Below, piece by piece: positions 7,460 to 15,261 of a stretch of 64,000 nucleotides of DNA. This stretch comes from a virus. The DNA is taken from positions 1 to 64,000 of the IMG/VR virus record IMGVR_UViG_3300045988_143605; one strand, written 5' to 3'. The position numbers and the translations under genes are program-made. Under the pieces are notes generated by a model. It saw nothing but the letters and a program-made list of their open reading frames with translations. It searched no databases and had not been told where the DNA came from. How positions within the stretch are numbered: position 1 is the first letter of the stretch; each line of letters starts with the position of its first letter.

Positions 7460-9025
7460 ATGAGAAAAATTGAGAACTTTGAGGATTACCGTGCGTTGGT
7501 GGACGTAGTTAAGATGCACGATCATAGATATTTCGCGCTCAATGCTCCAATAATCAGCGACGAGGAATACGACGCTATGTACTTCGCTTTGCAGGAGTAT
7601 GAAGAGAAGCATAAGGACGAGGTGTTGCCGGACTCTCCTACTCAGCAGTGTTATAGCGAGAACGGCAACGGAAGGCGTACTGTTGCACGTCGCTCGGCTT
7701 GCCTGTCAATGAAGAAGGTGCATGATGCCAAGTCTGTGGTGAAGTATCTGAGAGCACAGCAGAGAGTCGCCGACATAGACAGCAAGGGCGCGGAGGTGTC
7801 GGTAGAGTGGAAATTTGATGGCGAGACTGTAAGTTTGGTGTATCGCCAAGGAGTTCTCACCGAAGCTACCTACGGTCACGGCAAGGACTTGTTTGGCAAC
7901 GATTGTCTGGACCATATCAAGCACGTTCAGGGCGTGCCCGCCCAAGTGGACACATGGAGCCAACACGACAGAGTAGAGGTGAGAGGTGAGGTGATTATAT
8001 CGCGTGAAGAGTTTGCCCGTTATAGCAAGGCTGGAAAATCGCCCCGTTCTACGAGTAACGGCATCATGGCCAAGAAAGTGGCTGTAAAGGACGAGTGCAA
8101 GCGCCTGGAGTTTCATCCGTTCCGCCTTATTATGGATGGCGTGACAAGACACATGCCGGCGATGCGAGCCTTGGAATGTAACGGCTTCAAAACTTCGGGC
8201 TTTGTGTCGGCTCTCGATCTTGAAAAGACGGATGCCGAGCTTGAGCAGGACATCGAGAGCATCGTGTGCTCTGCCGAGGTGGAGCGTGAGTCGCTGCTTT
8301 ACCCTACCGACGGACTTGTATTTAAGTTCGACAACTACGACTATTACGGCCGCATCGGACAGACCGACCATGACGCAAAGTATAACTGCGCTTTCAAGTT
8401 CCGCCCCGTATTCAAGGCAGTAACCACATATCGCGGTCATCATACCACTATAGGCGAGAAGACTGGCAAGGTTACGTATGTTGCCGACTTTGACGAGGTG
8501 GAAATGAACGGACACCGTTTTGCCCATGCCAACTGCGGAAGCGAGAAAACCTTCAACCAGAAGGGTCTTGTGGCAGGTTGCAAGATAGAGGTTAGTCTGC
8601 ATGGCGATGTTATCACGTGCGTGGATGGTAAAGTAGAGGATGAACCTATCATTGAGGACGAACCTATTGTTATTGACGAGGAACTTCTTGTTATAGACGA
8701 ATTGGGAATTGTTCATCAGCCAAAGCCTCACGTTATAGAGCAGGATATTAATCAGAGCCAGGAGCCGAAAGTAGAGCCGAAACCTATCCCCCAGTCGAAG
8801 CCGAAGCGCCAACGTAACCATCCGCAGGTAGGTGAGCCGACGCTGCGAGCAAACAATGATGGCACCATGTTGTTAATGCCGGTAAGCTCTCCTTTCAGCG
8901 CTCAGAAAATTTTGACCTATGCGTTGGCAGTAATACTGATTGCAGCCGTATGTGTATTGCTTTTCTCACTGCTTGGTGCAGGAGTATTCTTGCTACCGCT
9001 TCTTTGCGGTGCCTTCAGCAAATAA
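7460..9025 (+). CDS. NAD-dependent DNA ligase-like protein (adenylation + OB region) with C-terminal transmembrane helix
   Basis: LigA domain Ia-like N-terminus (SDEEYDAMY...LPDSPTQ) and KxDG adenylation motif (EWKFDG). No Zn-finger, HhH or BRCT recognisable. An acidic then Pro/Lys/Gln-rich linker leads to ILTYALAVILIAAVCVLLFSLLGAGVFLLPLLCGAF at the C-terminus. Confidence 0.7.
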   Translation: MRKIENFEDYRALVDVVKMHDHRYFALNAPIISDEEYDAMYFALQEYEEKHKDEVLPDSPTQQCYSENGNGRRTVARRSACLSMKKVHDAKSVVKYLRAQQRVADIDSKGAEVSVEWKFDGETVSLVYRQGVLTEATYGHGKDLFGNDCLDHIKHVQGVPAQVDTWSQHDRVEVRGEVIISREEFARYSKAGKSPRSTSNGIMAKKVAVKDECKRLEFHPFRLIMDGVTRHMPAMRALECNGFKTSGFVSALDLEKTDAELEQDIESIVCSAEVERESLLYPTDGLVFKFDNYDYYGRIGQTDHDAKYNCAFKFRPVFKAVTTYRGHHTTIGEKTGKVTYVADFDEVEMNGHRFAHANCGSEKTFNQKGLVAGCKIEVSLHGDVITCVDGKVEDEPIIEDEPIVIDEELLVIDELGIVHQPKPHVIEQDINQSQEPKVEPKPIPQSKPKRQRNHPQVGEPTLRANNDGTMLLMPVSSPFSAQKILTYALAVILIAAVCVLLFSLLGAGVFLLPLLCGAFSK

Positions 9026-9045
9026 CCGCAGAATACGCAAAATGC

Positions 9046-9369
9046 GTAGATTTGTACGTTGATATTTTTATACGTTAATATTTCCGTACTTTTGTATTTC
9101 TATACTTTAGTAGATACGTTTGAACTTACATACTTATATATCTATTTACTTATTTATCTACTTACATAACTACTTATTTATCTATATATGTAGATAAGTA
9201 GGTAGATATGTAAATACGTAAATAAATATCAATTTTGCAGAAAAACATTTGGCGGAATGAATTATAATTCTTAAATTTGCAACAGAATGCAAAAGTATTG
9301 ACGCACTTTAGTATTTTCGTACTAACACACGTTCGTATGCAGGTACATTGGTAAGTAGATACGTTGATA
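9046..9369. repeat. centromere-like (parS/parC-type) AT-rich repeat field upstream of parA
   Basis: GTAGATACGTT occurs at 9110-9120 and 9355-9365, with a variant GTAGATTTGTACGTTGATA at 9046-9064. TACTTATTTATCTA occurs at 9147-9160 and 9171-9184, with an inverted TAGATAAGTA at 9191. There are multiple TACGT cores. Confidence 0.45.
9272..9279 (+). promoter_or_regulatory. -7 box TAaaTTTG with -33 TTTG (parA promoter)
   Basis: TTTG at 9248-9251 lies 20 nt upstream. The extended core AATTCTTAAATTTGCAAC is shared with the promoters at 15228 and 39218. Confidence 0.55.
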
Positions 9370-9414
9370 CGTATATATAAACGTAAGTAGTAACATTTTA
9401 AAACTTAAAAGAAT

Positions 9415-10281
9415 ATGGAAAGACTCAGAGAAGTGCTCGCCTTTGTTAATCACAAAGGTGGAGTAGGTAAGACAACAACAGTACAGAGCTTGGCAGCAGG
9501 TTTGCGCCTTTTTGGTAAGGGAAAATTTGGCACGGATGCCGACGGACACAAGCGTTTGCCTCGTGTGCTTATCATCGACATTGACCCGCAGGCATGTGCA
9601 TCGTTCCTCTACGGATGGAGCGAGACTCAGAACGTCGGCAAGCCTACCGTCTACGACGCATTGGTACAGCAGAGCAATCTGCCCGTCTATCAGGTACGCG
9701 ATGGCATTTACCTTGCTCCGGCAGCTTCACAACTTATATCCATCGAACCATTCTTGAATCAGAGAGCAATGCCTCGCAAGGCACTTTATAAGTTGCTCGC
9801 AAAACCACTGAACGAGTTGAGCGGTACGGAACTGGCAGATGAAGGCGTAACGACCGTTACGGAAGCCTTCGACTACGTGCTGATAGACTGTCCCCCTGCA
9901 ATGTCGTTGCTTACGTACAACGCCCTGACAGCGGCCACAAGCGTAGTATTGCCGGTGCAACTCGAAGTGCTGGCGACAAAAGGTATTGCCGAGATTATCA
10001 ATGCCATCGAGGAAACACGCGAAGATCTGAATCCGGAGCTTGACATCCGCGGCTTGCTGATGGTCATGAGCAATGACCAGACCAATGCCACCAAGGAGTT
10101 TAAGGCATACCTGGGAGGGAAGTACCAAGACTATATGTTCGACGCATATACCCGCCGTGACACTAAGATGGTGGAAGCCCAAGCGATGCGCAAGGACATT
10201 TTCGAGTATGCCAGATACTGTAGGGTAGGGCAGGACTACGAAAGGTTTACGAAAGAGATAATCAATAGTTTTAACGCATAA
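9415..10281 (+). CDS. parA: ParA/Soj-family partition ATPase
   Basis: Deviant Walker A NHKGGVGKTTT, and LIDCPPA and later ParA-like motifs. 288 aa. Confidence 0.85.
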   Translation: MERLREVLAFVNHKGGVGKTTTVQSLAAGLRLFGKGKFGTDADGHKRLPRVLIIDIDPQACASFLYGWSETQNVGKPTVYDALVQQSNLPVYQVRDGIYLAPAASQLISIEPFLNQRAMPRKALYKLLAKPLNELSGTELADEGVTTVTEAFDYVLIDCPPAMSLLTYNALTAATSVVLPVQLEVLATKGIAEIINAIEETREDLNPELDIRGLLMVMSNDQTNATKEFKAYLGGKYQDYMFDAYTRRDTKMVEAQAMRKDIFEYARYCRVGQDYERFTKEIINSFNA

Positions 10282-10292
10282 AAATATAGGGT

Positions 10293-10640
10293 ATGGCAAG
10301 AGAAATGACGAAGAAGACTAAGCGCTTCAGTCTTGAGGAGTCTGACGCTATCGAGGAGAACGAGCGCATATTGGAATCCGGTAGTCTGCAGCGCAAGGAA
10401 AACAGAGAAAAAAACAAGGAGGAGAATATGGAGCAAGTACCTGTGTCAGGCGAGGACAAGCCTATGACGAGCACGACTACTTCCGTTGCTCAGCCTGTAG
10501 CGAAAGCCACAAACGGCATAGTCGTTGATGTGCCCATCGACGATTATATGGCGCTGATACAGATGAAGATAATGACTCGTAGAACATTGAAAGACCTTGC
10601 CCTGCAAGCGATACATGAGTTTGTGGAGCGGAATAAGTAA
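10293..10640 (+). CDS. candidate centromere-binding partner of ParA (C-terminal ribbon-helix-helix-like)
   Basis: Lies immediately downstream of parA. Charged disordered N-terminus. The C-terminus VDVPIDDYMALIQMKIMTRRTLKDLALQAIHEFVERN resembles RHH (ParG/omega-type) folds. Confidence 0.5.
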   Translation: MAREMTKKTKRFSLEESDAIEENERILESGSLQRKENREKNKEENMEQVPVSGEDKPMTSTTTSVAQPVAKATNGIVVDVPIDDYMALIQMKIMTRRTLKDLALQAIHEFVERNK

Positions 10641-10656
10641 AACAAAATAACCTATT

Positions 10657-11220
10657 ATGAAAAAGATTATATCAATATTTTTTGCTCTTTGTGTGTGTTT
10701 GTCTATAAGCGCTCAGGAGCACATGAAGTTCATGGGAATACCCTTGAATGGATCGATTGATAACTTTACCTTGAAGCTGAAGACAAATGGTGTTACATAC
10801 GATGATGAGAGATCGAAAGCTGCGGGACCTGGTGGCAGAATCTTTAATGGTACGTTCATGGGAGAGAATGCTACATTTATGGTTTTTTATAATACCAAAA
10901 GTAAAATAGTGTATAGCGTGGCAGTAGAACTGCTTTATAGGGACGTTGAATCTACGCACATGCCTTTCGTGAACATTGCGAACCAGTTGCAGAATAAATA
11001 CCCTACTGCGACACGTGACGTAAGTAAAGATAACGATGGCGATGCTAATGGATTGGCTTTCAACATTCTTGGTAAAACTGGGACGGAGAGAATAGGTTTC
11101 ATTCTTCAAACCTTGAAAGTATCAGAATCCTATACAAATAGGGGTTGTTCCATTTACTTGATGTACACTGATATGGATAACTTCCAGAAGAGTGAGGTAA
11201 TCAACAACGAGGATTTATAA
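10657..11220 (+). CDS. secreted hypothetical protein (signal peptide)
   Basis: N-terminus MKKIISIFFALCVCLSISAQE is signal-peptide-like. Confidence 0.5.
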   Translation: MKKIISIFFALCVCLSISAQEHMKFMGIPLNGSIDNFTLKLKTNGVTYDDERSKAAGPGGRIFNGTFMGENATFMVFYNTKSKIVYSVAVELLYRDVESTHMPFVNIANQLQNKYPTATRDVSKDNDGDANGLAFNILGKTGTERIGFILQTLKVSESYTNRGCSIYLMYTDMDNFQKSEVINNEDL

Positions 11221-11226
11221 CGTGTA

Positions 11227-11562
11227 AGGTAAAAGAGCTTAGTATTATTTTATCTAATGGTAAAATAAGCAGGTAAAATCTTACTAAATCTTTTTACCTT
11301 AAATGTGAGTACTAAATCACTTTACCCGAGGGTAGGCGAGCAGGTAAAATCTTACTAAATCTTTTTACCTGTCTACTAAAAGTTTTTACCCTACTATTAT
11401 AATATAGATATAAAGGAAAAATATATTTTTTATTGTTTATATTATAGGCGTTTGAAGAAAACACTGTTTTCCAACGTTTTATGAATGTGGCAGGTAAAAG
11501 GATTTAGTAAATAGGTGAAAGTAAATAGTAAATAGGTAAAAAGATTTAGTAACTTTTTACCC
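11227..11562. repeat. iteron-type replication origin (direct and inverted iterons flanking an AT-rich stretch)
   Basis: A perfect 31-nt direct repeat GCAGGTAAAATCTTACTAAATCTTTTTACCT occurs at 11269-11299 and 11340-11370. Inverted copies GGTAAAAGGATTTAGTAA (11493-11510) and GGTAAAAAGATTTAGTAA (11535-11552) follow. The AT-rich block 11395-11460 lies between them, directly upstream of the Rep-like gene. Confidence 0.6.
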
Positions 11563-11580
11563 GAAAAGGAAGGAAACGAT

Positions 11581-12750
11581 ATGGAAAACGAAAAGTATTT
11601 ACCGCAAAAATGGATAAACACGCCGTTTGCCTTCACCAGGTTGAGCAAGAACCTATCGTTGTTGCAGCAATCGGTATTGGTGAAGGTCAGCGAGCAGTTG
11701 CAGCCATTCATAAAAGAGTTTTTTGGTTCCGACTTGGCTAAATCACGCAAGGTGCCAAAAGCTCTGTTTTCTGAGGCTGTAAAAAATTCGGGTGTTACTC
11801 AGATATATATATCCTATGCTGAATTAGGTGTTCCAGAAAACAACTTCTTTGCCGTGAAGCAGGCGATGAAAGAGGTGTTGGACGTGAAGGTAGAAGGCCC
11901 AAAGAAGAACGAGGATGGTACATGGGGTATGCACATGTATAATGTGTTTCTGAGTGGCGAAACGTCTATCAAGAATACGGGCGTCGTGTTTGGGCTTAAC
12001 CCACAAGTGATAGACCCCGAAAAGCATCTTTACGTGTTGGACTATGCGTTTAATATGACCGAAGGCTATGTGTCACACCCTGATAATATCGCACTGATTG
12101 GCGAGGTGGCGCGTATGCCGATGATGTATTATATCTTACGCGACGCAAGTGGAAACAACTGGAAAGAGCGCAAAATCCGGCTTACAGTCAGCAAGATAAA
12201 GAAGTATCTGGGCATGCTTGAGTTCAGTGGAACGGAACTGGTTAAGGAGGCATACCCGAAGTTCTCGCAGTTTAAGAAAAACGTGCTTGATAATAGTATT
12301 GCTGACATTAACCGACTGAAGCAGATGGGGCAGCTCGATGTGTGCGTGTCGTATGAACCTATCTACAACGGCAAACGCAAGATAGGCAATCCGGCATTTA
12401 TAGAGTTTACAATATATGACAATATCGGGCAAATGCAACAAGCGGTGCAACAAAGACAATCAGAACAACAGCTAACCCTCTTTGCTGATGCCGAGGAGTT
12501 GAAACCTAAACCTGGCGAAAAGGAGTGGCGACAGCTCGTATCTATGCTTGATGGCGAGATAGGAGAGCAACTACATAAGGTAGAGTTTGTTTCCTACGAC
12601 GGAAAGACAATACTCATGAAGGCGAGCCGAGCGCAATGCGAGAAGGTAGAGAGCTGCTTAACCAATGATGTTATAAAGCATGTAAAGAATTGCTCTGCTA
12701 AGGTGTTTGGCAAGATTGTAAATTGGGACTACTCCTTATCAGATAAATAA
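11581..12750 (+). CDS. candidate iteron-binding replication initiator (Rep-like)
   Basis: Position directly after the iterons. The N-terminal pattern (INTPFAFTRLSKNLSLLQQSVLVKV) is reminiscent of plasmid Rep_3-type initiators. Assignment is by context and weak motif only. Confidence 0.55.
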   Translation: MENEKYLPQKWINTPFAFTRLSKNLSLLQQSVLVKVSEQLQPFIKEFFGSDLAKSRKVPKALFSEAVKNSGVTQIYISYAELGVPENNFFAVKQAMKEVLDVKVEGPKKNEDGTWGMHMYNVFLSGETSIKNTGVVFGLNPQVIDPEKHLYVLDYAFNMTEGYVSHPDNIALIGEVARMPMMYYILRDASGNNWKERKIRLTVSKIKKYLGMLEFSGTELVKEAYPKFSQFKKNVLDNSIADINRLKQMGQLDVCVSYEPIYNGKRKIGNPAFIEFTIYDNIGQMQQAVQQRQSEQQLTLFADAEELKPKPGEKEWRQLVSMLDGEIGEQLHKVEFVSYDGKTILMKASRAQCEKVESCLTNDVIKHVKNCSAKVFGKIVNWDYSLSDK

Positions 12751-12756
12751 ATTTTC

Positions 12757-12797
12757 ACACCGCTTACCAATTCCCATAGGGTAGGCGGTGTTTTAGT
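12757..12797 (+). terminator. rho-independent terminator
   Basis: CACCGCTTACC pairs with GGGTAGGCGGTG, followed by TTTT. Confidence 0.6.
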
Positions 12798-12825
12798 GTG
12801 TCCTGTTGATGTCAGCGACTTTTTC

Positions 12826-12833
12826 TAACTTTG
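12826..12833 (+). promoter_or_regulatory. -7 box TAacTTTG
   Basis: TAnnTTTG lies 26 nt upstream of ATG 12859. Confidence 0.5.
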
Positions 12834-12858
12834 TAGGCGTAATCAACAAGACATATAT

Positions 12859-13275
12859 ATGGGAAAAACAAAATCAGTTATGTTATTGCTTCTGGCTGTA
12901 ATTACGTTTATGAGCTGCGCTGCCTCACGGAAGGTGGAGCAGGGGAGTAGTGAGCAACGGCGTGATAGTGTCTTTGCCAGCGTTAAGGACAGCGTGGTGA
13001 AATCAGAGACTTCTACGGACAGTACTGTTAGTATTTCCACTACCGAGCAGTTCACCACTGGCACCATGACCGACAAGGGCAGCAATGAGGAAACTATCAC
13101 CGAGCGAGTGACCGAGCAGACGGATGCCCAAGGCAATATGACTACCACCACCGAACGAACCATTCACCGTAAAGGCGACTATGAGCGCAATGCCACATAC
13201 GAGGCAAGACTGAAGCATCAGGAAGAGATGCTCGCGGATGCAGCATACAATAGACAGCCTGGTGTTGAGCAGTAG
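12859..13275 (+). CDS. lipoprotein (138 aa)
   Basis: Signal peptide with lipobox LLLLAVITFMSC. Ser/Thr/Glu-rich mature part. Confidence 0.6.
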   Translation: MGKTKSVMLLLLAVITFMSCAASRKVEQGSSEQRRDSVFASVKDSVVKSETSTDSTVSISTTEQFTTGTMTDKGSNEETITERVTEQTDAQGNMTTTTERTIHRKGDYERNATYEARLKHQEEMLADAAYNRQPGVEQ

Positions 13276-13447
13276 ACTTGACGCTGGCACCCACTGGGCG
13301 AAGAAAGACAGCACGAATGTGGTGAACGAAAAGGACACAAAGAACATTATACCTACGTCAGAATCATGGCGGATTGCTCTGGATGTAGCTATTATATTTG
13401 CTATGATTTTTTGCACATGGCTTTATAATAAGAAAGATAAAAAATAA
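13238..13447 (+). CDS. small protein with C-terminal TM helix (overlaps the lipoprotein ORF in another frame)
   Basis: WRIALDVAIIFAMIFCTWLY is a hydrophobic helix. This frame is open from 13214. It may be a separate gene or the shifted C-terminus of 12859..13275. Confidence 0.3.
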   Translation: MQHTIDSLVLSSRLDAGTHWAKKDSTNVVNEKDTKNIIPTSESWRIALDVAIIFAMIFCTWLYNKKDKK

Positions 13448-13453
13448 AATGTT

Positions 13454-13747
13454 ATGGGCAGAAAGAGACAAGACATAATAGAAAACACCGAGCAGCCGGA
13501 AGTAACCTTGCAAGACTTCGTTATCCCTGCCAAGATAGAGGCCTTCTGCGAGAAGTATAAATCACTCGACCATTGGCGCGAGGACTGCGATATGTTCACC
13601 GACTATCAGCTTCGCACATACTTCAAGGCAGTGGTATGTCCGCTGGGCGATCCGTTGGCTTTATACCTTCAGGAACTGGCAGCGAGAGGCTTCAAGATGA
13701 AGGACGATGAATGTGGAGAGCCGGTTATCTACGCTGCGCTAAGGTGA
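13454..13747 (+). CDS. hypothetical protein (97 aa)
   Basis: ORF in the same orientation as its neighbours. Confidence 0.5.
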   Translation: MGRKRQDIIENTEQPEVTLQDFVIPAKIEAFCEKYKSLDHWREDCDMFTDYQLRTYFKAVVCPLGDPLALYLQELAARGFKMKDDECGEPVIYAALR

Positions 13748-13808
13748 GTTTTGCGCATTTTGAATCATTCAGATTTAAATTAATAATTAACAATTAAAAA
13801 GTATAGAT

Positions 13809-14333
13809 ATGAAGAAACCTCATTATTATTACAAAATCTCGGCTACCTCTAATGTCGGTCGAGAAATTCAGGTGTTCATGCGTCGCTGTCAGGAAGCCGA
13901 AGAAAAGGCTTGTGAATGGGTAGAACGACAAGGTGCGAGCGTTTATTACGAGTCGCCCGAAGGCATGGCAGGTGGAGTGGAAGCCGTCGAGTTTGCCGAC
14001 ACCTCCGCACGCGACGGATGGGATAAAGAGATGTCGCCCGACGGACGAGTTTTCTTTTTCCCCATCGAAGGCACCGACATGGAGAAGGAAATGAACGCCC
14101 TGCCCATCGTGAGCGAGGCAGAGCTGTTCGGCATACTTAACCTTCAGCCGAATCGCACGAAAGACAATCTACCTTTGCCGATGACCTTCGGCAGCAGCAC
14201 TCCGATTGTGTTCTTGCATCAAGGCCACTGGTACGCTGACGTGCCGTATGTAAGTGCCGATTTGACGCTAACGAAGATAGAGGAAAAAGAGTTTTATCGT
14301 CGCAAGATGGCAGCGACAAATGAACAGATGTAA
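13809..14333 (+). CDS. hypothetical protein (174 aa)
   Basis: ORF in the same orientation as its neighbours. Confidence 0.5.
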   Translation: MKKPHYYYKISATSNVGREIQVFMRRCQEAEEKACEWVERQGASVYYESPEGMAGGVEAVEFADTSARDGWDKEMSPDGRVFFFPIEGTDMEKEMNALPIVSEAELFGILNLQPNRTKDNLPLPMTFGSSTPIVFLHQGHWYADVPYVSADLTLTKIEEKEFYRRKMAATNEQM

Positions 14334-14403
14334 ATAATAAGTGTTTTAGTAGGATAATATATGGTTAATAATTAAGTTAGTTTTAGGTTTTAATTTCGTT
14401 TTT

Positions 14404-14435
14404 GCGACCGCCCGTCCGTGAGGATAGACGGTCGC
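14404..14435. terminator. hairpin with conserved GTCCGTGAGGATA loop between convergent genes
   Basis: GCGACCG pairs with CGGTCGC around the loop motif at 14414-14426. Lies between 13809..14333 (+) and 14447..15133 (-). Confidence 0.5.
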
Positions 14436-14446
14436 TGTTCTATATG

Positions 14447-15133
14447 TCAGTCGTGTGCTGGATGGTCGGCGACCACGTAGCCATCGTTCATGTTCATGTT
14501 ATTGTAGCGTTTCGCTTCGTCGAGAATACGAGTAAGATTAGCTATTTGTTTCTGTTGCTCGGCAATTATTTCGAGCAGACGTATGCGCTCCTCGCTGTGA
14601 CGGTCGTCTGCCTCCATGCGTTTCGCTTCGAGTTTGAGCAAGGCTTTCATGTTCTGGTCGCTAACATTGCCTACTACTATCATATTCCTTCGCTCTGTGT
14701 CTGGCGCCTGGATGCAGATAGAGGAGACGGTTTCCGTATTTGTGAGCTTTGCTTCATCTGAATCAACAAGTCCTGGCACAACAGACGGAATCAGCGAAAC
14801 ATCCAGTGGGTCAAGAAGCGCACGACTTCCCGCCTTGCGTTCCGTAACATAGCCGCCATCAGGTGAGAATATATCTCCTTCGTTCGGTTGCACGTACATT
14901 GCAGCTTTTGTGGGGTCGTTGTCCTTGTCATAAAAGAAAGCTGAAATAGGCACTTGGAAGGTGTTGCAGAAGCGCAGAATGTTTGATACCGGCATCGGGC
15001 ATCTGCCTTGCTCCCATAAGCGCAGACTATTGTTTGACGTCGACCCTATAGCTTGCAGGATAGTGTTGATGTTTATCCTGCCGTTGGCTTTCATCCAACG
15101 GCTGAGAAAAGAGTAATTGTATTGGTACTTCAT
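14447..15133 (-). CDS. CI-like repressor (N-terminal XRE-type HTH, C-terminal coiled coil)
   Basis: Apart from the packaging block, this is the only minus-strand gene in the window, and it is divergent from 15262. HTH-like INTILQAIGSTSNNSLRLWEQGRCPMPVSNILRFCNTFQVPISAFF. Confidence 0.65.
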   Translation of the reverse strand: MKYQYNYSFLSRWMKANGRININTILQAIGSTSNNSLRLWEQGRCPMPVSNILRFCNTFQVPISAFFYDKDNDPTKAAMYVQPNEGDIFSPDGGYVTERKAGSRALLDPLDVSLIPSVVPGLVDSDEAKLTNTETVSSICIQAPDTERRNMIVVGNVSDQNMKALLKLEAKRMEADDRHSEERIRLLEIIAEQQKQIANLTRILDEAKRYNNMNMNDGYVVADHPAHD

Positions 15134-15227
15134 AACTGAATTATTAAAAATGATACTTTAACTGTTAAATAACGTAAATATTGAAAAACAAAAGGAGGTG
15201 GGCTATTGTTATTTATATTTTAATTCC

Positions 15228-15235
15228 TAAATTTG
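15228..15235 (+). promoter_or_regulatory. -7 box TAaaTTTG (rightward promoter of the switch region)
   Basis: Extended core AATTCCTAAATTTGCAAC. ATTG lies 19 nt upstream. ATG at 15262. Confidence 0.55.
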
Positions 15236-15261
15236 CAACAAATATAGTGAATAACTGAAAA

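Noticed and set aside
7706-8821. A 371-aa minus-strand ORF antisense to the ligase-like gene.
   Set aside because: It is entirely nested opposite a motif-bearing plus-strand CDS. Its composition is low-complexity and Leu/Arg-rich, typical of a shadow ORF.
9046-11562. The repeat fields upstream of parA and of the Rep-like gene might be CRISPR arrays.
   Set aside because: The repeats are short, AT-rich, irregularly spaced and partly inverted. There are no uniform spacers and no cas genes. The architecture fits a centromere and an iteron origin instead.
14402-14852. Plus-strand ORFs (119 aa and 78 aa) overlapping the repressor locus.
   Set aside because: They are antisense to a minus-strand ORF with a clear HTH. 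The first one starts inside the terminator hairpin.
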